From assembly GCF_009914755.1 (NCBI RefSeq), contig NC_060936.1: a stretch of DNA of 64,000 nucleotides, one strand, 5' to 3'. The notes under the pieces are model-generated. The model did not search any database. It was given only the letters and a program-made list of their open reading frames with translations, and was not told where the DNA came from. Below are positions 1 through 14,842 of the stretch, piece after piece; within the stretch, counting starts at the first letter, position 1; each line of letters opens with the position of its first letter. The stretch comes from the human T2T-CHM13v2.0 reference genome, Homo sapiens. Made by a program: the position numbers and the translations under genes.

Positions 1-132
1 AATGTAAATATAAAACTGTAAGGCACATGAATAAAAAAGCTCCTTGGATACTCCAGAAGGGAAAGGAAGCTTAGGGGAATGTTTGCAAGCACTCAAAAGA
101 TACAACCCATATAAATGGATTATTGAAAAGTG

Positions 133-512
133 GTGTGGCAGGAGTATTAGCTGATCATGGAACTAGTTCCCTTTGAAACACGGACAGACTACATTTCCCA
201 GCCTCCCTTGCAGTAGGTGTCCCATGTGACTGAATTCTAGCCAGTGAAATGTAAACTAATAATATGGACCACCTGGCCCATAATAACCTCCATCCAAAAT
301 CCTTCCTGTCCTATTCCCACACTGTTAACCTTGGAAGCCCTTTTATTTTTGAAGATGGTGAAGCCAGGAAATAAAAAGGTTCTGGGGTTGTGAGTTATTA
401 TTTGGAGAATGTTGCTCACCATTCAAGAACACCTGCTTTGGAATATGTGAGTGAGAAGTAAATTTCTATTGCTTTTGTGCTATTGCGCCCTTTGGGGACT
501 GTTTGTTACTGT
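133..512 (+). mobile_element. MaLR LTR (MLT1J-like), diverged
   Basis: TG start, MLT1-type motif actacatttcccagcctcccttgcag...catgtgactgaattctagcc, and 3' end gtttgttactg; boundaries approximate. Confidence 0.6.
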
Positions 513-726
513 GGCTGGAAGCCTGGACAGGGAGTTTGTACTTGGTAATGGTTGGTTGTAGCACTTCCTGAGAAAGAGTGTTATGTAGTAGAAAGATCAT
601 GGGCTGCAGAGTGGGACAGATAGGGGTTAAAAGCTTGACTCTGTCATTCGCTTGACTCCCTGGTCTTGGGCAGGTTCCTTAATCTCCCTCAGCCTTAGCA
701 TTTTTCCTTTAGAAAATGAAAATAGT

Positions 727-1032
727 GTCTGGATGCGGTGGCTCACGCCTGTAATCCCATCACTTTGGGAGGCCAAGGCGGGTGGATCACCTGAGGTTGG
801 AGTTTGAGATCATCCTGGCCAACATGGTGAAACCCCGTCTCTACTAAAAATACAAAAATTAGCCGGGCGTAGTGGCACATGCCTGTAATTCCAGCTACTC
901 AGGAGGCTGAGGCAGGAGAATTGATTGAGCCTGGGAGACAGAGGTTGCAGTGAGCCGAGATCATGCCACTGCACTCCAGCCTGGCTGACTCTGTCTCAAA
1001 AAAAAAAAAAAAAAACAAAAAAAAAACAAAAA
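727..1032 (+). mobile_element. AluS (Sx/Sz-like), inserted in a MIR
   Basis: Dimeric Alu (gcctgtaatccc...tactaaaaatacaaaa...gcactccagcctgg) with A-tail; MIR-like sequence on both sides. Confidence 0.95.
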
Positions 1033-2162
1033 CCAGAAAATAATATTTACCCTGTAGGCTTGCTTTGAAAGTTAAAGAAAATGCATTTTAAACATATCTG
1101 GTGCATTGACGGTTATATTGTAGGTGCTCAATAAATAGGTAGCTGTTGTTATTGACTTTTCCAATCACTTTAAAAAGAATGTTATCTTCCTACTTTGATT
1201 CTCCAGGTTGTAATAGTGGTCCCCTCCACAAATTTCATCCTCAGATAAACTAAACAAACATCACAAAAAACTGAGAGAGGAAGAAATTGCCATCTTCTTT
1301 TCAGTTCACCATCATTGTAATTAAAGTTATTTAAATAACCATCAGTTGAATGTCTCCTCCCTTTCCAGGCAGGCTCCATGAGGTCAGGAATTATGTCTAT
1401 TTTGGTCTGATGGGTATGCCCAGCCTAGCATACAGCATCACACAAAGTGGAGCATCAATAAATACTGAATGCATGAATTGACCAGGACATGAATCCTCCA
1501 CCTGTAAATCTTTGCAGGGCTCCATAAACACTGACCCCACACATAATCCTAGGAGAGATACCACAAGGCCAGCTGGGTCAAAAATGTCTTCATCACTGGC
1601 CTGCCTGAAATGATGCCTTGAGAGTCACTTTTTGGGTTTTAAGTAGAGGTTACGAGGGGGTAGCCTGTACCCCAAATCCAGTTCATCAGTACATTTTGTC
1701 TGTTCTGTATTGTGTTTTAGAAGTTTGAATTTATTGCCAACATTTAAAACTTGGGACACTTCATGTAAAAAGCCATATTTTCTGCTTCTATTGAAAAATC
1801 AGTTCTCTTGGCAACTCTGGACTTGATTCTGACATGGCAAGAGTTGTCTGGAGTTGACTAGCAGTTCCCTCACTTAGGACATGCCCTCCAGTTCCCCCTA
1901 AAGCCCTGTCAGGTCTACTCCAGCCCACATTTATGTTACCAGCCTGGTTCTTGAGTTTGCAACCCTTTCTATTATCTCTTAGTTCACCCATTCAATCATT
2001 CATTCATTCAACAGATACTTAGGTGTTTATGAAAATGAGGGATCCGAAAAACATTACACATGCCTCCTAATCTCAAGGAGTTTATAGGGTGGTTGAGTAA
2101 TAAGAGACATACACATAGAGTCAAACCTTAAAAAAAGTAATCAGTTGATAACAAAGTTCAAC

Positions 2163-2600
2163 TGTAGTGGGTTAAATAGTGTCCTCCCCAAATTTACATC
2201 CACCCGATCCTCAGAACGTGACGTTATTTGGAAATAGGGTCTTTGCAGATATAATTAGTTAAGATGAGTTCATACTGGATTAGGGTGGGCCGTAAATCCA
2301 ACGAGTGGTGTCCTTATAAGATGAGTAGAGAACAGACAGAGACACACAGAGAAAAGGGTCATCTGAAGGTGGAGGCAGAGATTGGAGTGATGCTTCCACA
2401 AACCAAGGAACACTTAGGGACAGCAGAAGCTAGAAGAGTCATGGAAGTCTTCTTCTCTAAAATCTTCAGAGGGATCATGGCCCTGTGAACACCTTGATTT
2501 CAAAATTCTCCCCTCCAGAATGATGACAGAACAAATTTTGGTTGCTTTAAGCCATCGAGTTTGTGTTATTTGGTTATGGCAGTGCTAGGAAATTAATACA
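2163..2600 (+). mobile_element. MaLR solo LTR (MLT1B/C-like)
   Basis: tgtagtgggttaaatagtgtcc start, ggaaatagggtctttgcagat core, ...ggaaattaataca end (TG...CA). Confidence 0.85.
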
Positions 2601-2664
2601 CCAATAATATAAAAATATAAGAAAATGTTATTTACATATATAAGATTAGATATTTAAAAAGAGG

Positions 2665-2955
2665 GGCTGGGCCTGGTGGCTCATGTCTGTAATCCCAGCA
2701 CTTTGGGAGGCCGAAGTGGGCAGATAACCTGAGGTCAGGAGTTTGAGACCAGCCTGACCAACATGGAGAAACCCCGTCTCTACTAAAAATACAAAACTAG
2801 CCAGGCGTGGTGGTGCACGCCTGTAATCCCAGCTACTCGGGAGACTGAGGAAGGAGAATCGCTTGAACCCGGGAGGTGAGGTTGCAGTGAGCTGAGATTG
2901 CGCCATTGCACTCCAGCCTGGGCAACAAGAGCGAAACTCTGTCTCGAAAAAAAAA
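2665..2955 (+). mobile_element. AluSp/Sq-like
   Basis: Full Alu with acatggagaaaccc and ggcaacaagagcgaaactc; TSD aaaaagagg on both sides. Confidence 0.95.
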
Positions 2956-3727
2956 GAGGTGGTTGAAGTTATGTTTCAACTCTTCGTGGAAGGGGTGAGA
3001 TCTGAACAGAGTCTTCAAAAACCAGTAACAAGGAGAAAAAGAACGAATCAGCCCCCAAGACTACATTGCAGTCACGAGTATAAGTATTGGGGTCAGACGG
3101 GTCTGGACACCAATCCAGCTGTGTAATCTTAGGCAAGTCAGTGAATATCTTCAAGCCTTCCTTTCCTCATCTGTAAAATGGGAACAGTAATATCATGCCT
3201 GTTTGTAATGAGGATTAAATAAAGTATGTACAGCATTTAATACCGTGCTGGCAATTAATACATGCTCAATATATGGGATATTATTATTATTTTGAAAGGA
3301 TGTACGGATGACAGGCCCCATTAGAAACAAATATATGATAAAGCATGCCACTTAATAATACTTCACATCTCCACAGCATTTATGCTGGAGTCTCCACTTG
3401 CCCCTCTAGATTCACTTTCTCTTTCTCCTTCCCACTCTGTTCCTTGGAAGGCTAAACTGTACAGACAGCATCAACCAAGGTCCCTTGCCCTCTGGCTTCT
3501 TGCTGAATTCAGCCAATAAGGAGGCGAGTGGCAGGGGATTCAAGGAAAGGAGGAGAGAAGGATCAGTCATTCTCTCTACCTGTTGCCAACTTCATTCTTG
3601 TGTATTAAGCATGTCTTTTTATTCTGATACATCAACATCTTGGGGCCTTGCTGACCCTAAACAGAATGCCCGTCCCAGGGTTGGGCAATTCCTATAGAGA
3701 GCAAACAGCTCACTCCAGGAGTGCAAC

Positions 3728-3908
3728 TTCCATACGCAAATCAACTGATAGAAGCCCACCCCTACATCTTTCCATATGCAAATCAACTGATAGAAGCCCA
3801 TCCCCTACACATTTGCATATGCAAATCAACTGATAGAAGCCCATCCCCTACATATTTCCATATGCAAATCAACTGATAGAAGCCCATTCCCTTACACATT
3901 TCCCATAT
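3728..3908 (+). repeat. Tandem repeat, ~4.2 copies of a 42-43-bp unit (ttccatatgcaaatcaactgatagaagcccatcccctacacat)
   Basis: Octamer positions recur at 3734, 3776, 3819, 3862. Confidence 0.95.
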
Positions 3909-4208
3909 CAGCCTCCCACACTCTGGGCCACTACCCACCTGCCCTAATCACCCCAGAGCCCGGTACCAGAGAACTAGAGACAGCCTATATGCCCCAGAGC
4001 CTACTGAAATTATTCAAATGAGCTAATATTACACCTGCTTACCCTGCCTCACCTATTTCTTCCCTCAGAAATCACAATAAAGGCTCTTACTTTTTCTTCC
4101 TGCTCCCTCTGCCTCTTGACCGACCATGTTGACCACGGTGCTGCCCCCATGTGGCCCTGCAAGGCTTGGGAAGCTCCCTCCACTTGGGATCTGTGGGTAA
4201 CAAAGATC

Positions 4209-4502
4209 TTTTTTTTTTTTTTTGAGACAGAATCTCGCTCTGTCACCAAGGCTGGAGTGCAGTGGCGCATCTCGGCTCACTTCAACCTCCACCTCCTGGG
4301 TTCAAGCAATTCTCCTGCCTCAGCCTCCTGAGTAGCTGGGACTACAGGTGCGTGCCACCACGCCCAGCTAATTTTTGTATTTTTAGTACAGACAGGGTTT
4401 CACCATGTTGGGCAGAATGGTCTTGATCTCTTCACCTCGTGATCTGCCTGCCTTGGCTTCCCAAAGTGCTAGGATTACAGACGTGAGCCACTGCACCCGG
4501 CC
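4209..4502 (-). mobile_element. AluSc/Sg-like inserted in the MER74-like LTR
   Basis: polyT plus antisense Alu with acctcgtgatc; TSD aacaaagatctt / aacaaacgatctt. Confidence 0.95.
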
Positions 4503-7120
4503 AACAAACGATCTTTCTAATGGCAGTTGGTCTTCACCATCCCTGAATATAATAAAACCTACATTTTAAAACACCCTGCTGGGCTGGGGTTTGATAATGG
4601 CCATATTCTTCCACCTGTGGCCGCAGCTTCTGTTATACGCTCTTGTGAGGTTCTGGTCTCACACTCTTCCCCCTCAACCCTTAGTGCTTTCCTGGTGGTA
4701 ACAGCTTTCTCTGCTACTGTTAGTCTCTGAGGGGCTCTCTATCAATCATTCCCCTACCTCTATAAATAGTCCTTTCATTAAATATTCTTCGTATAACTCT
4801 TTGAGTATGCCAACCAGGGCCATGAGTGATAAGCACTTTCCACAGCATTCTCACATCCTTCATATCTGAGATTTATAATCTTTGTGAATTGGGCAGGATC
4901 ACTCTCATTTTGCCAGTGGGAAAACACATATTCTGAGGGGTTAAACCAACCTGCTCAAAGTCCATGTTTCACCCCCATATCCGGTACTCTTTCCAACTTG
5001 TCCCACTCACTGGGTCTGTCTTGTTCACTATTGTATATCCAACTGCAGTGCCTGGCATGGACTTGTTGCTCAATTAGCATTTCTTGGACAGAATAAAACA
5101 AATGACCAGAGAGCAAGATCTTGAAGGAATAGGATGGAAGATGAGGAAAGTCTTTCTTCACATAGGGAGTCTAGGATTACCTTCAGTACAACGCGTAGAA
5201 TATAGTAGGTGCTCAGTAAATACTTGTTAAATATTGAATGAATCAATGGGACTTTGGAGGTGGCCTTTCTGGGGCACCACAGCAATGCTCTGTGAGCATT
5301 GGGTGCTTGATGTGGAGTGTCCAGAAGGAAACTGCCAGATATAAGCCCCATTTGCTTCCCAGTCTGACCAGACCTTATTCTACCTTTTCTATTCCACCAC
5401 TGTCCAGAACAGGGAACTTGACCAAATTAAATCATGCTAGCTTTATCCCTACCTGGTGTTCTGCCCACTCCCTGCCACCTATGCCATGGGTATGATAGAT
5501 ATTGGTTTGCAGAGGTTAAAAAGCTGGATATGAGCAAGGCTGGCAGCTGAGGGCTAACAGGGCTGAGGTCTTCGGCATTTGAGCTTCTCCATGGGATCTG
5601 CATTCCTCTGGGGGCAACTCTGTGGGTCACACAGGACTCTATTAACAGAAATTTTCCAAAGAATGGGAAAGAGTGATGGAGGAATGGGTGTTAACCTCAT
5701 CTCATTATTTACTTTGGTTATAAAATGGGTCTTTGTAAGGTAACATACATTGGGGGCCTTCTCGCAGTGCTGCTTGGTGACACTCCATATTTTGTTGAGC
5801 AGATACTCCCTTGGTACCTCTGCCTGATTAATGACACCTTCAACTTGGCTCTGTATGCCTTTCATGTCTCCCTGGGTCTCCTGCAGAGCTGCCTGGCTGG
5901 CTTCTCACCATGATGATAGCGGACAGAGTGACTTTATTGCAAATTTCAAGGTCACCTCCTCTTTGTTACCCTTCCCCCACATACACACATATACCACTGA
6001 GACTGGTTCACTTGAAGCAGTCTTGAGGTTCAGGCTGCTGGCTGAAAACTCCAAGACCCCTCAAGAAAAACCCTGCACACCAGCTTCTAAAGATACGCAA
6101 ATCTTCTGAGAGAATTAGCATTGGCTCTAAGAACAAAGTCTAGGGATGGTGTGAGAGAAAGATGGGATTGGATTCCCAGGCAGCAGAATAGGATGATTAA
6201 GAGCATGGAATCAGATGTGTCTGGGTTTGCTCTTCCTAAGTACATCACCTGAGTCTCTAAGCCTTAAGGTTTTCACTTGGTGAATGGGGATAATAGTACC
6301 AAGTCATAAGTTTACATTGAAAGGTGACTGAGATGAAGCATGTGCAGTACTTTGCATGTAGTAGCTGCTCAATAAATATTAGCTCTATTACTGTTACTCA
6401 TAAAATAATAATTAGGCCATTTCCCCAAACATCAGACCAGGTAAAGCAAGCTGTTACTACAATATGGGAGAAAGGGCTTGAAAACAGACACAGTACTGAG
6501 AATGCTATCCTTGGCCCACGGTCTTGGAAAAGTTATCCCTAGCAACAAGGCAGGAGGCTGTACAAGGAGTCAGAGACTTGAGATGTAGAATCAGGGCTGA
6601 AAACAGAAACCTCCTGAGGTTTTAATACAAAAGGAAGTTAATACAGGGGGTAGGTTACACAGATGCGCAAACAATGGAGAAGCCAAACTAATGTCATGAG
6701 GCAAAACTCAGAGATGGGTAACAGCAGGAAGCTGTTATCTCTTCTAGGCCAGAGGAACAGAGAGGGGATGGTGTGACCAGAGCCTAGGAGCTGAGGTCAC
6801 TCTTTGGAAGCTGGAACAACAGAGAGCTTTCTGGCAGGAGCTAGAGTTATAGAGGAGACACAGCTGCTACTAGAGATAATGCCTGAGGCAAAGAAGAAGG
6901 GAGAAAATGACATTGACTTCTCTCTTACTGTTTCTCCCACCTGGGCTTTCCATTTGCAAAACCCAGCCAAAGCCAGTTAGCAAAGGCTTCTGGGAAACGC
7001 AGTTTGCCGAGTTCACCTAATCCTATTATACAGAGGTCATCTATATTCCATTATACAGAGTTGAAGAGAGGGCATGGAGCTGAGGGACAACACGGTCCAG
7101 GTTTGGTACAGGGGTTGAAG

Positions 7121-7286
7121 TAGAGTTGCCAGGTAAAATATAGGTTTCCATGTAAAATTAGAATTTCTGATAGCAAAACAAAATTTAGTGTTAAGTATGT
7201 AAAAATTTTATTTCATTCATTGTTTATCTGAAATTCTCACTTTGCTGGGTGTCCTGTGCTTTTATGTATTAAATTCGGCAACTTTA
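7121..7286. mobile_element. hAT (Blackjack/MER63-like) non-autonomous DNA element
   Basis: Terminal inverted repeats tagagttgcc ... ggcaacttta. Confidence 0.6.
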
Positions 7287-7549
7287 GGTTAAAGGCAATA
7301 TTGGAACCATTGGAGGGTCCCAATTCTCAGGCCAAATTAGGTAGATGACAGGTTAGGAAGAGGAAGGAGAGAAGAATGAAGATACCATGCAGCTCTCATG
7401 AGGTCTGACAAATGGATTAATGCTGCCTCAGTTTGTCTTAAAGGGTTTCATTCATTTATTCAGTTGTTTACCTATCCATCCATCCTACATCCACCCATCT
7501 ATTCATTCCTCCATCCTCCCTCCCTCTTTTCCTCCCTTCCTCTATGGGT

Positions 7550-8510
7550 TCATCCATTTATTCATTTATTTCCTACTTATTGAACATCTGCTGTGTGCTG
7601 GTAATATGCTGGATATTGGGAGTATCTTACTGAAGAGACAGTATCTTCCCTCAGGCAGCTTACATGCAAGACAAGAATGCAGATATTAAGCTACAAAGCA
7701 CATGAGAAACTACCCATTACAACTGTAGCTGGGTTTATGAATGATTGCACAGAAACCTCAGACAATCAGGGAATGCTTTCTTGAGGAAGTGTCATTCGGA
7801 CCGAGATGTGGGGGATTGGTAGGAGTTAATTAGGTGAAGGAGAGCTGAGGGTGAGTGCATCTAAAAAGACAGAATGGCATAGGCAAAATTGGGAGGGAGT
7901 TTGGTGTGTTTGGGGGCCTAGAAGAAGGTCCATGTAGGTCCAATGTGAGGAGCAAAGGCGGGAAGTGGTATAGATGAGGCTGGAGAGGTCAGCAGGGTGG
8001 GTTGGCTGTGTATGGTAGGCAGATTGTACAGGGCACAACTCCATGGCTTGATAGTCACATCATAATCTAGAGAATGGTGTGCCCTGGAGTTCTTCAAGAT
8101 TCACCAGCATGGCCATGTGTAGCATTTCTCAACCAGAAAGTGCAGAAACTTATAAGTCATGGTAAGAAGTGTGTGATGTTGCTTGTTAGAGCCATGGAGG
8201 TGGCATGACTAGATTTACATTTTAGAGAGAACTTTTTTTTTTTTTTTTGCTAGGTAGAACATGGATGTAGTGGGCCTAGAAGAGAAGAGGGTAGACCCAC
8301 AAAGATGCCTTTGTAGTCATCAAAGTGAGCAATGATGGTGGATTGAACTAGGGCGTTTGTGATGAAGAGAAAGAGGTGTGGGCAGAGAGGGGTGAGATCT
8401 TTAGGTGGGAGGAGATACCTTGTTTAGACATGGATTAGATATGGTGGTCAAGTTTCTGGTGTGGCCAGGTGGGTGGATGGGTGGTGGCAGTGTTCCCTGT
8501 GATGGTGAGC
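7550..8510 (-). mobile_element. L2 3' region, diverged
   Basis: Antisense L2 3'-end signature ttcatttatt...tattgaacatctgctgtgtgctgg followed by purine-rich L2 body. Confidence 0.6.
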
Positions 8511-8803
8511 ATAGATACTGTAAAATCATTAGAGAAATAAAACAAAGCATCAAAGAATTTTTAAGGCTAAAATGCAAATATAGTCAGCCAAATCCATCTC
8601 ATATGTCATTTTATAATCAAACTTAAATAAACTTCTTGATTTCTTTGGCGCAATATGTTCTAGATATATTGAATTGTTCCCCTCTGGTGGTTTATTTTCT
8701 CACTTCCTTTCTTAGGGAAGTAAAGTCCTACCTCACGACCATTTCTCCATTTCTTATTATATACTAAAGCAAAAATAAGTACATTAAATTATACTGGATT
8801 GAG

Positions 8804-9128
8804 GACCATGCACAGTGGCTTGTGCCTGTAATCCCAGCACTTTGGGAGGCTGAGGCAGGAGCATCCTTTGAGGCCAGGAGTTCCATATAAGACTGGGCAA
8901 CATAGCAAGACCCCAGTCTCTGCAAACAATAAAAAATTTAGCCAGAGGAACAGGGGTGGGGCAGGGGGTGGTGGTGGTGCGTGCCTGAAGTCCCAGCTAC
9001 TTGAGAGGCTGAAAAAGGAGGTTCAATTCAACCCAGGAGTTTGAGGTTATGGTAAGCTAGGATCATACCACTGCACTCCAGTCTGGGTGACAAAGTGAGA
9101 CTCTCTCTCTAAATAAATAAATAAAAAA
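8804..9128 (+). mobile_element. AluJ with G-rich insertion at start of right arm
   Basis: AluJ-type tttgaggccaggagtt and ctgggcaacatagcaagacccc; (taaa)n tail. Confidence 0.9.
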
Positions 9129-9269
9129 GTTTACTGTATTTATTCTAAAATACATATTTAAAACATTGCATCATCTAATAGTTGTGATGTTATTGATGGC
9201 CTCTTATAATCACTACCAGCTACACAGCCATTTTTATGTGGTTGTCATTGTCTGACCAGTTGCAAATTT

Positions 9270-10031
<762 letters not shown>

Positions 10032-10134
10032 TTAGGTATAAAAGAAAAAATATAAGTGACAAGAAAGCCTTGTGCCATAGTTTAATTGGTAGTGATTTTT
10101 TCTTTCTTAGGGCTACATAAAATAGGAAGGAATT

Positions 10135-10470
10135 GACGATGAATCTCACAAACATAATGTTGACTGATAGAAGTCATAAACAAAAGATTATAGGATGTAT
10201 GATGCTGCTTTCATAAAGTTCAAAAAAGCAAGTAAAACTAAGATGGATTGTTTTAACCGTCAAGGCAGATGCTATCTTTTGAGGGGATGGAGGGAACATG
10301 GCGGGGCTTTGGAGAGACTGGCACCGTTCTATTTCTTGACCTGGGGGATGATCATACAGGTGTTTGCTTTGTTTTGCTTTTCACTAAGGTGTTGCTTTTC
10401 ATTGAGTTGTGCACTTATGTTTTATACATTTGTCTATACATGTGTTATGCCTCAATAAAATTTTTTAAAT
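10135..10470 (+). mobile_element. Old L1 (L1MC/ME) 3' end
   Basis: gatgaatctcacaaacataatgttga ... tgttatgcctcaataaaa. Confidence 0.6.
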
Positions 10471-10707
10471 GGTGTGTCTTGCCATTGCTATCATCTTAGA
10501 TTTGATGAAATGCAGAGATGTTTACGTGTGTGTATGTGGGTGTGGGTGTGCTGAAGGGGAGCTTTGCTTTTCTCTATTTCCTTGTATGTATGTTCCCCTA
10601 GTTGGTCATTTTGCTTTGAGAATTAGGACTATGTAGCAGGAATATAATTATAAATATGTGTACAGTTATAACAAATATATGCACATATATTATAACAGCT
10701 GCATATA

Positions 10708-11715
<1,008 letters not shown>

Positions 11716-12063
11716 TATAACAGATACATTTATAATAACTATATATATTATAAATCTATAATAAAATATATAACATATATATATAACAGATATAGCTATT
11801 AATACACCCCCACACACTATAATTTTTGGCTTATAAAATAGGCTCTTGCCGATTCCAAAGGAAGGGCCTGAGAGGAACAGGACACAGAGTTTATGCCATA
11901 ACTGCAAATATAAGAGAACAGAGAGGGAGCAGCAGACAATGCTTATTGTCTACTTAAAGTAAGAGTCACTAGGGCTGGAGGGACTGGAGACAGTTGCGGG
12001 TATAAAGAGGCACTGAGAAGAAGACCATGCATGGCAGAAACCAGGCAGAGCACAGTGGAATTA

Positions 12064-12400
<337 letters not shown>

Positions 12401-12539
12401 TAGAAGGAGTTATGGTGTTTATTTCTAGGTACTAGTATCATATGTGTTTTTTAAAAATCATTTTTGCTTCCTTGTATTTTCTAAATCTTCTACAATTAGC
12501 ATGTATTATGTTTGCATTAATTAAAAAAAGCTTTTTTTT

Positions 12540-13266
12540 TCTGTTTCAGTGACTTTATTCTGGACATTTCACATAAATAGAATCACATAGTATGCTACTT
12601 TTTGTGTCTGGCCTCTTTCACTTAGCACAATGTGTTCCAGGCTCATCCACTTTGAAGCATGTAGCAGTACTTCATTCTTTTCTTTGGTGGAATACTATTC
12701 TATTGTATGGATATAGCACAATTTGTTTATCCATTCTTCTGTTGATAGGCATTTGGATTGCTTCCACCTTTTGGCAATTGTAAATAGTGCTTCTACGAGC
12801 ATTTGTAACTTGTTGAGTCTCAAGAATTTGAGTACCTATTTTCAATCCTGCTGGATATATACTTAGGAGTAGAATTGCTGGGTCATATGGTAACTCTACA
12901 TTTAACTTTTCTTCTTTTTTGAGACAAGGTCTCACGATCTTGCCCAGGCTGGAGTGCAGTAGCATGATCATAGCTCACTGCGAGTTTAAACTGAGCTCAA
13001 GCGATCTTCCCTCCTCAAAGGCCTTCTGAATAGCTGGGACTAAAGGCAAACACCACCATGGCTGGCTAATATTTTAAAATTTTTTTAAATAGAGCCTGGG
13101 TATTGTTATGTTGTCCAGCCTGATTTCGAGCTCTTGAGCTCAAGCAATCCTCCTGCCTTGGCCTCTCAAAGTGCTAGCATTACAGGCATGAGCCACTGCG
13201 TGGAAAAACATTTTCACATTCTCACCATCAGTGTATGAGGGTTCCAATTTCTCCACATCCTCACCT
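12540..13266 (-). mobile_element. Old L1 (L1MB-like) 3' fragment containing an AluJ
   Basis: gtgtctggcctctttcacttagc, attgctgggtcatatggtaactc; ORF remnant LNVELPYDPAILLLSIYP (ORF2 C-terminus). Confidence 0.8.
12911..13200 (-). mobile_element. AluJ, 5' end deleted
   Basis: Antisense AluJ ends at gagccactgcg without cccagcc or right-hand TSD. Confidence 0.9.
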
Positions 13267-14842
13267 CAAAAAGTATTAATATATCTAATTTTAAAATATA
13301 GGCTGGAATTAGGTTGTTTACAGTGCTGGTGCCTAGTGGTCCCTGTGGATGTTCTTACAGTCCAGAGGATGTATTTATATTATCTTAAATTCTCTACTCT
13401 GAATGTAGTATTCCTAACACCAAAGGAAGGGCAGGCACCTAGAGTTTCCAGTTGAGAGAACTATATGCAAACTCATCATTCGGAATGGTGCAAGCTTTCA
13501 GTTGTCTTAACTCTTTTTTGGTGTCTTTTGTCTTGTGTAGCATAAGTATTGACTGTACAGAAGTTTGTACAGATGTGATCTGTTGGAGGCAAACATGAAT
13601 TTGATTTAAAGTGCTCCCTTTTTTTGCCAGTGGCAGCAGCTTTTCTTTCAACTACTACCTAGAAGAGCACTTCAACATATGGTACCCACCTCCATCCCTC
13701 TGTGAGTGCCTTGAGGACAGTTAGATATATAGAAAAATAAAACATAGTTTATGCCCTCAGGGAGCTCACAGTCTCCTAGGAGAAGCAGATTGTGTAAAGC
13801 TAATCAAAGTACAGTGTGATGATAATTGTGATAGGGGAATGGAGGGACATATTTTTCCTCTTCCACTCCTTCTTGTGGCACATATTAAGGCTTATATAGC
13901 AGTAGGAGATAGATATTCTTTTAGTATAATCATGTGTAATGTATGAGCTAGCTGGAGGTTAATCTTGGGAGTGTGATTTTGCTGATTGCTTTTTTGATAA
14001 TCCACTGTAAGGGAGCCAGTGTGAGTATCTCTTCTTCTCCCCTCAAGGGATCTGGGTTCCCTTCCACTCTCCAATCTCTCACCCAACAGTAGAATACAAG
14101 GAGGATCCAAACGGCTGAAAAACCATCCTGGAAACTGAACACATGAGGAATGAACAATGACTGGAATAAGTAGAGGATCTGGAGGGGAGGTAAAGTTAAG
14201 AATGAGGGTCCATGTGGAAGAGGCTTCCAAGTTGGATAGTGTGTCACGGATATCATTTCCGAGAATCAAGAAGAAAATCTTGTATCCGCTGGAGTGGCTT
14301 GTAGGCATTGGCATAGAGTTATAATAGAACAAAAAACAATTCCAAGACCTGTATCCTCTTTGCAGTCTGTAAAGATTAGACTATACCACCCAAATCTCAA
14401 GTACAGATCTGTCTGTATAGTCTTCCGGGTTCAGTATGGGGGACTGATTGTCCATGCATATTCGTTTATGGGCTTTATAACCACACCCTTCTGGATAAAG
14501 GGCATAGTTCTGGGGTCATAGAGCTATAGTTAATATTTTTCAACACATACATCAAGCATCCATTATGCGCAAAGAGCTGTCCCTGGTGCTGAAGAATCAG
14601 CCAATTAAAACCCCGGAAATTTCTGTCCTCTTGGAGCTTATACTTTGTGGGGGAGATAGTCTTATAGGATCTGAATCTGAATTTAAATGTTTTTAGAGGG
14701 CCTGTCTTCTCAGTTCACCATGACCCCTACCACTTTTTTTTTTCTTACACCTGGCACAGTGTCCCATTTATCTCACATACATCAAGTAGATGTAGTGGCC
14801 TCTGAAGGCATTGGGTTTACAGCTCATTGCCCAGAATAATTT

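Larger units (their letters stand above)
3601..4573 (+). mobile_element. ERVL solo LTR (MER74-like) with internal tandem repeat and Alu insertion
   Basis: tgtattaagcatg start, ggggccttgctgaccc motif, aataaa at ~4075, ends aaaacctacattttaaaaca (TG...CA). Confidence 0.75.
3375..4825 (+). mobile_element. Old ERVL LTR (LTR33-like) split by the 3601-4573 LTR
   Basis: LTR-like sequence 3375-3600 resumes at 4574 (ccctgctgggctgggg...cattaaa); family from recall, boundaries approximate. Confidence 0.5.

Noticed and set aside
3728-3908. CRISPR-like array
   Set aside because: Tandem copies without variable spacers, inside an LTR
13615-13640. CTCF site (ccagtggcagcag)
   Set aside because: Only the 3' half of the motif matches
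13892-14332. 146-aa ORF as a cellular gene
   Set aside because: No recognisable domain or splice context, overlapping ORF in another frame; consistent with chance
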